Shown here: positions 37,339-47,894 of the stretch, piece by piece | How the letters are laid out: the number at the start of each line of letters is the position of its first letter | Numbering within the stretch: the first letter of the stretch is position 1 | DNA from: Kondoa subrosea | Taxonomy: Eukaryota | Length of the DNA stretch: 64,000 bases | Assembly (NCBI GenBank): GCA_039545335.1 | Contig: BCIN01000001.1 | Location: forward strand, 3,943,347-4,007,346 | Direction: 5' to 3' | Program-made: the position numbers and the translations under genes | Notes under the pieces: generated by a model | The model's input: the letters and a program-made list of their open reading frames with translations, nothing else | Told to the model about the DNA's origin: nothing | Databases searched by the model: none

Positions 37339-37615
37339 TTAGTAGTAAATAGTGTAATCCTTTAAGTCATGCTATTCATTTCAGTTCATGCCATTTTGTT
37401 TCCAATCTTGAATGAAAGAACATTCTGCTCCAAGTGTTGCTATGCTACTTCAAGTCCTCGGATGGTACCTTGTACCGGTTGACTACATACCATCTTAACA
37501 ACCGAGAAAATTTCGACAGCTAATTGTAACACAGTATATATTTGTCAATAGACGTTGGTTTCTTCAACATGCTTTACTTCCGGAGGAAGGCTACACGTCG
37601 TAGCAAGTGGAAATC

Positions 37616-37746
37616 GCCTTCATGGCTTAGTGGTAGAGGTTAGTCAACAATGTGTCTGGGCTGGCTTCACAACTAATGCTCAAGTTCTCATCAGCGTCGC
37701 TCTCGTAGCAAAGCGAAGATCACCTGTTCGAACCAGGTTTGAGGCA
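37616..37746 (+). tRNA. tRNA-Thr(CGU) interrupted by a 56-nt GT-AG intron in the D-stem (24/25) and a 3-nt insertion at 37/38
   Basis: A-box TGGCTTAGTGG, B-box GTTCGAACC; acceptor GCCTTCA/TTGAGGC+A73; D-stem GCTT/GAG-C restored by removing 37639-37694; anticodon stem TCGCT/AGCGA with CT-CGT-A; T-stem ACCTG/CAGGT; G1-C72 and C2-G71 Thr identity pairs. Confidence 0.85.
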
Positions 37747-37748
37747 CC

Positions 37749-37759
37749 TTCTTTTTTTT
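37749..37759 (+). terminator. RNA polymerase III terminator (T-run) after the tRNA-Thr gene
   Basis: TTCTTTTTTTT immediately downstream of the discriminator base. Confidence 0.8.
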
Positions 37760-38372
37760 GCTCCAGGCAAGGGACGCATCCCTGCAACTTTGAAAGCCTG
37801 TTTGAACGAGCGAGCGTGTGACTTTCCTTAGAAGCACTCCAGAAAGCGCAACTTCGCCTCGAAGGGTAGATCGCATTGATAACAAGTTTCCGATCCTGTG
37901 TAGTGCTTGGTAAGTAGAAAATGCAAGCAGAACGGTAGAACAAAAGAAACGTGATAGACTGCTCCAGCGTACCCAAGGGAGACTAGACACAGCTTTAAGA
38001 TCTCGAGTATTACGTAAGCGCGTCTTGCTTCGAAATGACGCGATGAGAAGCAGAAGAAATAGGAACATAGAAAGGAAAGGAAAGCACGAGAAGAGAAGAT
38101 CTCGTAAGGCACTGAATATCGAATACCAGAACTCGAAGCTGGTCCGCAAGAATTAGACATGATGAGGAACTGAGTTCTGCCTCCTAGTCCGTGCTGATTT
38201 AGACTGGCGATCACAGGCATGCTAAGTTCCTCAGACGAGAGGTCGAACCACGAGACAAACGCAATGATCCGAGTGCAGATGCTTCGCTGAAATTGCTCAA
38301 GAGGAAGGTCTTTCGCAAACCGTCTTCTTCTTCCACACATCCAATCCTTGCTCTCCATAACCTTTCACAGCC

Positions 38373-39651
38373 ATGTCAGGACGCACCAAAGGAGTGGGTG
38401 CGATCTCTGCAAGCCAGAACAGAACCAATGATGCATTGTTTTGATCGATTGATCAGCTGTCTTATGACCAGAAGCGCGAAAAGCGTGTGTTTTCCGTTCT
38501 CTAGGCTATACTACAACTCACCCATCGTATCTGCAGTGCTCGAGAGCATGCAGGAAACTCGTCAGTCCGCTGCACTCGAGTTTTAATGCTCTGCTGACCA
38601 ATGACATCCAGGCGAGTTCTACGTGCGTGCTACGGTCCTTCCCTTATCCTACACTGATTGGAAAGCATCCAGAACTTTAAAGACGTAAAGCATTAGTTTA
38701 TCGCTTAAACCTGACTAACTAAAGACGTAGCTTGAGAAACTTGGCCCAAAGAAAGGCATCATCGCCCAGAGCGTCAAGGAAATCTTGCTGTCACTGGTCG
38801 ACGACAACCTTGTGATAAGTTTTCAGGTGTCTGTTCTCAAAGATCAAACTGATCCGTCGAGCACTCGTCAGAAAAGATTGGCTCTGGTCAATACTATTGG
38901 AGCTTCCCGTACGTATTGTCTACATGTCCATTCCTTCTCCAATATCTCTTCGCAGTCAATTCACTCAAACCATCAAAACGCAGCACGAAGCTAAAGCCAA
39001 AGAAGTCGAAAAGCTTCAAGCTCAATTTGATGCTCTCGAAGAAAATGTTGAAGCTCAGACCAAAGACAAAGTTGACTCTGTGCGTCTTCATCACGCGCTT
39101 GTGTTGCGACTCATTGTGCTTCAGGAGGAACGACGACTCTTGCTTGAGCGATACGAAGAAGCTTTAAGTAAACGTGATGCTATTCGAACAGAGCTATCTT
39201 CTCACAGTACTGGTGATCCTGTCGCATTTGCAAAGAGAAGTGAGTTGCACTGTAGTAAGTATAGGTACTAATCCTGCTTCCTAAGCTCAAGACTTGTTAG
39301 CTATGCGTAAAGGTGAGTGTCCCTTTCCTCTCAATCTGACAGCTTGAGAGGTTGCGTCTTCCAGCCGCTGTCTATTGGACCGATTGTATTACCGATCTCA
39401 TGTCTCACGCTCAAAGACAATATCAAGCTGATACCGCTCAATTGCTTTATCTCGCTCAACTCAAGGATGATTTCGAAGATATTGAGCAAACTTTCTTATC
39501 CCTTGAATCCAAGCCTGCTGTATCAGTACCTATCATCGTCGTGACCAAGGAAGAGGAGAAGAAAGTCGTGCATGCTCGTTCTCAAACTCAGGAATCTACC
39601 ACTTCTTCAGCTGAGGATTCCGCTCGCGTACAATCGGAGGTGGAGGCGTAA
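38373..39651 (+). CDS. MND1: Meiotic nuclear division protein Mnd1, many micro-exons
   Basis: Spliced EFY-TLK-xLEKLGPKKGIIAQSVKEILLSLVDDNL..SEKIGS..YYWSFPS, coiled coil, GDPV, AVYWTDCI. Confidence 0.85.
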
Positions 39652-40279
39652 AATTGGAATCGAGGAAATATGGACAAACACGAAAATCCAATGAACCCCA
39701 ATTGGCGAAATTTGAACTGTCTCGACAGACTGATACTTAGCTGCCTTGTCATTGAGTCCCTTTCTGTGCCTACTCTATGATTGCGAGTCTTCTTTCTCAC
39801 TATGCATGGGTTTCTCCTGCTCCTTTACTCGTTCCCTTGTTGCAAAATCCTCGATTAGATGATATTCTTTCCTTGTAAAGTTCTCGTGCCAATGCACGAG
39901 AGACGAGAGACTGTGGCTCGGCGTCATTTCGCGTAGCACAGATTCTATCTCTTGATCTGCTCTAATGTGCGCCGCAGCATTCCGTTCATCTCTTTATAGT
40001 TAGAACATGCCTTGTCTGTCCAACGCAACCCACTGTTGTGTGTGCTATGCTGCTTCCAGGTAAAGCGCTGTATGTGGCCTTCCGTGTCGAAGCCTGCGGG
40101 AAAGTCATGCGAAACACGTTCGCGCGCGTCGAAGTTTACGGTCTTACTTCAGCAAAAAGCTTGAGCCTTTCTTTGGCGTTTCTTGCTTTCTCCTCCTCTC
40201 TCTTTCTCTTCCACCCACTTTCGCTTAGTCTCACTTTTACTCAAACTTCGTTCCCACACAGCACCAATTACAAGCAACG

Positions 40280-40599
40280 ATGGGACGCAGCTCTACTTCC
40301 TCTGATGAATCAAACACTTATGATGTTGGAGACACGTAAGTCCCTCTGTTCTCTTACCTCTGTTCATTCCACTTTGTACTGAACTTGCTGCCCAGTGTCG
40401 TCTACAAACAAGGTGCAAACGAAGCACAAGGAACAGTTAAAAGTATCGAAGATGAAAAGGTGCATCTCAAAGTAAGCTTTTATACCTTCCGAAGGTCAAT
40501 GAGATTCATCTGAAGCTGATTTTGTGTGGTTAGAACAACAATACTGGAAAGAAATTAACTCGCAGACCCAGCAAGATCTTGCGCGTTCTTAAAGATTGA
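40280..40599 (+). CDS. Small Hva1/DUF2945-like Tudor/SH3-fold protein (65 aa)
   Basis: Spliced MGRSSTSSDESNTYDVGDTVVYKQGANEAQGTVKSIEDEKVHLKNNNTGKKLTRRPSKILRVLKD*; two canonical introns; family assignment from recalled VGDxVxY..GTV motif. Confidence 0.7.
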
Positions 40600-40849
40600 G
40601 CTTGATTAAAGAAGAAAGGGGAACGACGGAAAGTGGGAAGCACCGGTTAGTTGTACAATAGAAATCTATCACAGTAGCGAGCCGAAAGGGAAATTAAGAG
40701 TACGATATCGAGACGAGACTACTGCGGCAATTCCATCGCTCGAGTGTCTTAGAATGCTATAAAGAGCGGAGAGTTCGTAGACAGAGATAGATATAGGACA
40801 GAGTGCCTTGAAGCAAAAGACGTCAGCCGTAGAAGAAGTGAACCGACTG

Positions 40850-41981
40850 TCATTGTCGCTGGTTGTATTTCACCAAATCATCGAAAGCTACTTGAGTTCC
40901 TCCAAAGATATCGAGCGCACTGTTAGATAGATCGGTACAGATTTTTGTGAATTAGGAACAACAGCTCACCTGCCATATGTCAAATCTACTTTCCCCTGCG
41001 AAAGTTTGTTGACTAGATCCAGATCCGAAAGATCTGGCAGACTAATCAAGCCCTCGTCTGAGAATTTAGGAGAGACCCGACCTTTCGCTCCTCCTGCATA
41101 GGTTGTTGGAATAGTACACCATTCGCCCAATTCTGAGCAGGCAATTAGTAATAGTCCAATAAGGCTGAACATTCAACGCACTTTGCACAAGTTCTTCATC
41201 TATACCTTGACAAAGACCTTCTACATCTGCTGCATGTACTAGGAATTCACTGAAAACGCAATGAGCAGAAGATAAAGAATAAGGCGATGAAAGCTACCTG
41301 CAATACTGAGCCAGCAGATCGAGCGATTCTAGAATATAGCTAAGTCAGTCTGCAGATAGCTCTGATTAGACAGGAAAGATGACCTTTGTTCACTTGCATA
41401 TCGGTCAACAATTGCCATCGATTCATAGCTACTATCCATTGATCGCCCTTCTTCCGACATCTATGTTCAGTCAGCTGTAGCGAGAGACGTACAGAGAGAA
41501 AGACTAACGAAACATCTACAACCAGACGATCTTTGCCAACCAAAGTCGACAATCTCTTTAATCTGTCCAGATCAAACTTGCCCTCTGGAAACAGGTAAGA
41601 AGTAACTATTATCTTTCCTTCTCACATCAGTACTCTACATCTTCTTCTTCGCCCCGAACTTGGACTGACCTTCTCTGCTCCAGCATCCAACCACTCTTTG
41701 GCATTATCTTCGTTGATTCCACCACCAACCTGCAACCCTCCAGGCCAAGTATTTAAAGCTTCTTTAGCAGCTTCAGTATTCCCTTGTCCAAGTTGTATAA
41801 CATGACCTCCTCTGAGATTATTTGACCGATACAACTGAGCATAATAAGAAGCAGGTTTGTTTGAAGTGAAATTCGTCTTGAGTTCTAAAGTATCTAAAGT
41901 TCCACCAACAATTTGTTTCACTTTTCCTGAATGTAAATCTATACAAGGTCGAAATTGACTTGTCCGTTCTTCTTTTCCCAT
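40850..41981 (-). CDS. HIS6: ProFAR isomerase (HisA), histidine biosynthesis
   Basis: [84 protein letters not shown]. Confidence 0.96.
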
Positions 41982-41996
41982 TTCAACCGCACACCA

Positions 41997-43164
41997 ATGC
42001 AAGCTATCAACGCAAGGCAGACTGTAGCAAGAGGAAGGATATGTTGCTGTGCTGCGAGGATGATGAATGGAAGAAGAGCTGCAAGTAATAGTAGTGCGAA
42101 AGTGAAAGGTGGAAAGAAAGGTGCAGGTCAAATAAATGGGAAGCAGGAGAAAGTTTTGGTCATGCCTTTACAGCAGGCTGCTACAACCCTCAAGGTCGGC
42201 CTTTCAAAGTGTTCGCTGTGTCATGCAGCTTACATTTTTAGAAATGGTCGACAGGCCTTGAATCCTCAATCAACTTCTTGGGCAGCTTATGAACTCACTA
42301 TCAATACCAGACTCAACACATCACAGAATCTAAACGCAGTCAGAGGTCGAATCTTTCCTCCCTTTTCAATTTCTGGTAATCGTTTCAAGGGAGAAAAGAT
42401 CTTAGTTTTCGCTCCTGAGGGTCCTGCTGCTGAAAGCGCTCGTGCAGCTGGTGCAGATTACGTAGGAGGAGAAGATTTAGTAGCTCAAGTGCGTTGCTTG
42501 CGTTCGTAAAATCTGTCCAGGCTTATACGTTTGTGCAATAACGTACAGCTTCTGGATGGAACAATCGAACCTACTCGAGTTATCGCACATCCTTCTATGC
42601 TAGCTATGATAGGACGATCAGGTTTAGCTCCCTTCTTGGGTCCCAAAGGTCTTATGCCTTCGACGAGAAGAGGAACGGTCACTACGGAATTAGCTAATGC
42701 GATACAAGAAGCTAGAGGTGGTTTGGATTGGCGGGCTGATGGTCGAGGAGTGGTCAGGAGTCGTACGTACTTGTCTTGGGCTTAGCTGTATATCAGCTTA
42801 GCCATTGTACTTGGGTACAGGAATTGGTCGAGTAAGCTTGACAACAGTTTCCTTTGCTGAAGCCTAATTCTCATGTTGTGTCTAGTTGCATCTTCCGCCT
42901 GAATCACTTGAAGCCAATATCAGACTATTGGTATCAGAAGTAGCAGATCTAGCAGGTGGATCAGGTGGTCAAGGTGCAGCAGCGATTGCAGCTTCTTCTT
43001 TTTCAGCTACAACTCCTTCCCCCAAGACTGTAAAGAAAGGTCAGCCTTTCAGGGGTCTCTGTAGTATACATTACTGACACCCTTCTGGTTTGATAGGCGC
43101 TGTCACTAGTGTTTTACTCAGTAGTACACAAGGACCTAGTATTCAGCTAGCGGATGTGATATGA
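41997..43164 (+). CDS. MRPL1: Mitochondrial large-subunit ribosomal protein L1
   Basis: Arg-rich presequence; [54 protein letters not shown]. Confidence 0.9.
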
Positions 43165-43557
43165 AACGTACAATCTTCTTCTCGCATCCTCTTGTGAACG
43201 CTACCTTTTGCTCTTTCCGCTCAACGCCAAGTTCCACTTCCCATCGCCCTGAATGCTCTTTTGCCGACTCGTGATTGACAACACAACACATTTCATCCCA
43301 CCTATGTAACGAAAAGAACTGGTCACAGCATAGCTCGTGCCCCAAAAATCAGGTGAATAAATATGAAATGCAAATACAACAGCTTAAACCCAAAAATTAC
43401 CACCTAGGTACTATGAATATGATATGACAATCTAAAATGAATGTGATCTCTTGCTTTCCCTGTATATGCTGAGCCCTCTGTCTCTTTGAAATTAATGTAG
43501 TGTATAGGTGAAGACGTTTGTAGCATTGACGCTCTGTTGCAATTCTTGAAGGTGCGA

Positions 43558-45125
43558 TTAGAGCTTATAAACTGATAAATGACTGTCTCCGCCTATAAGA
43601 GTATAGTCAGCCCCAATGTAAGATAGCAAGACTAGAGAAGACCAACCGCAAAGTTGACCTGATGAGCCATCGCAAGAAAGACAGCATTGGCTTTCAGTTG
43701 CGATCAAGCCAGTATTGGATGAACCACAGTAGCATTCTGCGCATTCGCTTCAGTCAGATCATATGAACGCTGATGAGACAGAGCTGACCGCGATAATACT
43801 CCAAACCAGCATAAGTGAAGCCCTTGCTGCGACAGAAATTCTGACAAGTTGATATTTGCATAGATCCCTGTGGACGCCAACAGACTCAGGAAATTGATCG
43901 CATCTGTAAGTGAAGGATGTAGACTTACATGGGCTTTCAGGTAGTCAACGCCAGCGGTTCCTGTTCCTAAGGCTCTACTGGCTCCAGAGCGTTCACGATA
44001 GCAACCTTGGTAAGACGCTGCGCCGTTCTCTTGGTTATTTGAGCATGTCCCTTGGTAAGTACAAGTAGAACCTGTTCGAAGGCCTTGATTAGCTAACCTA
44101 GTCTGAAGAGAAGAGCAATCACTAACCATCGGGGCATAAAGATCCTTTAGCGTTTCCTCCCGAGCAGACAGTCGAAGTTGAAGGCTTGCAAGCACCCATA
44201 GAACAAACGTTCCCGCTTGGACATTGAGCATTGATGGTGCAAATCGAGCTGCAAGTTGATGTTGCTGTATTACAGAATGGCGTTGTTCCGGAACACTGAG
44301 CTGATGTAGTGCATTTCGCAACGCATTTGCCAGCTGAAAGAGTGAAGCCAGGATTACAGGTTGCGCAAGAACCGGAGCCATCAGCGCTTTCCACACCATC
44401 TGCGCAGACACATGTGTTGACTCCGTTCCGCTGTAAGTGATATGTCAGTGCTCAGGCAAGCAAAGACCATCATTGTTCACTGACAGAGCTAGAGCGGTAA
44501 CCCTGTTATGAGGATGAGATGCAGTCAAAGCAAGGAACCTGAATTACGTACAGGATTACAGGTTGTGCATCGACCTAGAGTATCGAAAGCGCCGAACGAG
44601 CAAGAGCAAAAGGGTGCGCCGCTCGCAATTGTTGACTTAGAGTAGCCAGGCAAGCAAGTAGGATTTGTTGAGCAAGCACCATCTGATGCCAAAGTAGCTA
44701 CAGAATGGCCATATGAGAAACTGAAAATGCGACGAACCATAGATAAACGAACCAGATTGAGCATTGGCACATGAACAATAACCAACACCATTTCTGCTCA
44801 GTCCTTCGTATCCTGGCCTGCAGGTGCAATCCGTTCCCGCTGCATTCGGATCCGAATTTGCTGGACAAGAAGTACATCTTCCAGCGCTAGAGCAGTACTG
44901 AGCGCCCACACATTTCTTTACAGCTGAGCAACCCGGTGAAGCTGTTGTTCGCTTAGCACGAAGAGGTCGACTGGCCCGGCGAGGATTATATTGGTTCTTG
45001 ACGTAAATATCAGCCTTAAAGCCCTTTTTGAAAAGAGACTCTGAGTTCAGATGATCATCTGGTAGGACAAATGCACTTGTTGAGAGCGCGAAAGCCGAAA
45101 GAATGATGAAAGTGTCGCGAAGCAT
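43558..45125 (-). CDS. Secreted Cys-rich (EGF/furin-like repeats) protein with C-terminal WSC domain
   Basis: Signal peptide MLRDTFIILSAFALSTSA, KR site; repeated CxxC/CxCxPGY; WSC motifs YQGCYRE..CQNFC..GFTYAGLEY..ECYCG..CDG...CGG..HLSVY. Confidence 0.85.
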
Positions 45126-45794
45126 TGTGTAGGAGAGAGAAAAAGAAGTAGGAACGACAAACACCGAAAAGAGACAAGCAGAAAGGAAAGAAAGCCAGAA
45201 AAAACAGCGCGTTCAGACCCTCTACTACAAAAGCTGACACTACACAACTATTCGGGAGCCTGAAGAGGAAATCCGTCTCTGATGACGCCCTTGCAAAAGA
45301 TTCTATGCCAAGGTACCTGAAATTTGTCAAGCCAAAGAGCGACAACTACTTTTGCGCGTGATAGAAAGCGCAGAGCATAGATACATGATATGTGAGAGAC
45401 CGCTCGAGAAGCCAAGACCGATGAGCTGGAATCCAGATTCTTGAAAATGCCTAATCCGGCGAAAGGATGAAAAGAAAGTTGAGCTCCCGTAAAGAAGCAG
45501 GGGCAGGCAACATGATAAGCAAGAGCGAAGACGCGACAGCGCTAGAAAACAGACCAGCGGTCTTCTCAACGGTTCTTGGTTTTGATAGAGCTTGCGTGCT
45601 ACTTTTTCAATTTGATTCTGCATTTGACTGTTGCCTCTGAGACTTTGTATTCCAATGTATTGATGACATAGTATCAGCCAGATATCAAGATCAGGAGTTG
45701 TATGACATCGATTCTTCAAACCGATTCCCTTTGTTATTTGGTTCTCATTTGACTTGGACTCATCTTGCTCAATTTCTTTTCCCATATTACGAGC

Positions 45795-46390
45795 ATGCCG
45801 TCGTCTTCAAATTCGCAGCTTGATAGTATAAGATCGGCTGAACCCATCTCAACAACCAGATCCAATTTATCAGCGTTAAATGATGGAGGCGAAGATAAGA
45901 AGAATAAAGAAATCATCTTGACCATTGTAGTACTAGGATGCGTAGGTCTGGCGGTACTTCTACTAGTGGTAAGCGTTTCCGTTTTTAATTATTTCCTGCT
46001 CTGTCGATAAATCGGAAGCAGGGTTTGGTGATATACGGCTGGCGTAAAGATTCGGCTCTTGGTCGTTTTATTCGACGGATCTTCTTTTGCTTCAATCGCT
46101 CGTCAGGCAAGGATCGTTTAGAAGATATCAAATTACCGGAAGTTCTTCCCAAATCCGCTCGACCTCCATCTTTCTTAACTGATCGACCTCAATCTCGGAT
46201 CTTTCGTGCAGTAGAAGCTAGAAACAAGATTGATTCGTTCCAGAATGAAAGACGAAAGAAGAAGACCCAATTATCAAGAGCACCAGATCTTTCGCCCATG
46301 ATGGAAGTAAGCGAACCGCCTACTGCTGTGTCAAGATTGCCTTCGGTAGGGATTATGCCAAGGGTAGATGAAGACAAGTCTCTTAGCTAG
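45795..46390 (+). CDS. Hypothetical single-pass membrane protein
   Basis: Ser-rich N-terminus, TM IILTIVVLGCVGLAVLLLV-GLVIYGW across one intron (GTAAGC...GCAG), basic cytosolic tail. Confidence 0.6.
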
Positions 46391-46887
46391 CTGAATGATT
46401 CGCTGCGTTGTTTGCTGTTAATGGATTTCATACTCACTTTTGCTCCGTTTCGTGCTACTTTGATCTTCTTCGCTGGAAGGGAAACAGGGGGAGTAAAACG
46501 ATTCCAATATGAGGTTGACACGCAGTAGCGCCCCAGAAAATGAGCATAGACTTCTAGAGCTGACGAAAGACGTGGATAACAGGTTGTAGACGATTCAGGC
46601 GATTGAGAGATTATCGCCTTCGCAGGTCATACAGTTCCCGTCTGAAGTTCTTGTAGCGCTGTTGACAGCGAGACATACAGACACACGTCGGACTTCAAAT
46701 TCGTGATTCCTTCGAGACCAACTGGTGATCCGCATTGAGGCCAACATCATCATGTGTGGTTATTTTGACTCGATGGTATATTCCTGTCAGGTGCCGCTAC
46801 TTCTGCATGCGAGATCTTGACCGTTCCAGGAAAACAGTGAATCCATTTCTTGCCCTCAACTCTCATCTGTGGCTCGCTCTGTTCTGT

Positions 46888-47791
46888 ATGCCTTCTCCTC
46901 GTGCTTCTACATCAAGACGAGGACGTTCTCGGTCACCAGATCGTAGACCAAGCAGACGCGATAGAGTCCGTCTTTTCTCTTTGAAATCTCACCTTGCTCT
47001 ATTTAATACTACTATCACAGTCTGAATCTCCTCCTCGGCGACGTCGTTCTCGTTCCCCTAAACTAGTAGCAACTACTTCTAAACCTTCAAAAGATTCAGA
47101 ACAAGCTGCGGAACCTGCTGCACCTAATTTCGCAAACAGTGGTAAACTAGCAGCTGAAACCAATACTTTCAAAGGAGTCGTACTCAAATACAATGAACCA
47201 CCCGAAGCTAGAAAACCTACAAAAGGTTGGAGATTATATGTCTTTAAAGGAAAAGAACAAGTTGGTTAGTTTGTCTCATTTCTTATCTTGTGGGTTATGA
47301 AGTTAAGCTGACTGATTGCGCCTGAGAAGATCTGATACATATTAATAAACAATCTTGTTATCTTATTGGAAGAGATCGAGTGGTCGCAGATATACCTATA
47401 GAACATCCTTCTGCTTCAAAACAACATGCAGTCATTCAATTTCGTCAAATAAGGGAGAAGAATGAGTTCGGTGATACAAAGAGTCTGACAAAGTGAGTCG
47501 TTTCTATCTTCGAGCATGTAATTTCTGCTGATGGCTTAAGCAGACCTTTCATTATTGATCTGGAATCGGCAAATGGGACTTTGGTGAACGAGGAAAAGAT
47601 GCCTGAATCGAGGTATTATGAGCTCAAGAATGGAGATGGTAGGCATCTCAGTATTCCAGTCGTGTACCAAGCTCATTCACCGATATAGTGATCAAATTCG
47701 CTTTCTCGACGCGAGAATGTAGATCTCTTCTTGCTCAACTCTGTCTCTTCGCTGATTGTGTGATCTAGATGTACTACTAGTAGACGGCTGA
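46888..47791 (+). CDS. PML1: FHA-domain RES-complex subunit (Pml1/SNIP1)
   Basis: RS-rich N-terminus; PNFANSGKLAAETN, LKYNEPPEARKP, WRLYVFKG, YLIGRDR, HPSASKQHAVIQFR, PFIIDLESANGT, STREY. Confidence 0.93.
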
Positions 47792-47894
47792 AAGACGAAA
47801 GTGTATGAATGACATTTTGATTCCCATATTTGCATATAATTCGTTCCACCCATGTTCTCGCATCTAAGTTTCAATTTCCTTCGATTGTATTTCC

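Noticed and set aside
37598..37606. TCGTAGCAA upstream of the tRNA duplicates the anticodon-loop sequence
   Set aside because: A 9-nt direct match with no structural role evident; may be chance, and no permuted-tRNA arrangement is needed to build the cloverleaf.
37555..38358. Several overlapping ORFs around the tRNA
   Set aside because: Non-coding composition; they overlap the tRNA and purine/pyrimidine tracts and show no recognisable motifs.
46430..46830. Possible RNase MRP/P RNA on the minus strand (ACGAAACGGAGC resembles CR-V)
   Set aside because: No matching CR-I GAAAGUC-type P4 partner found.
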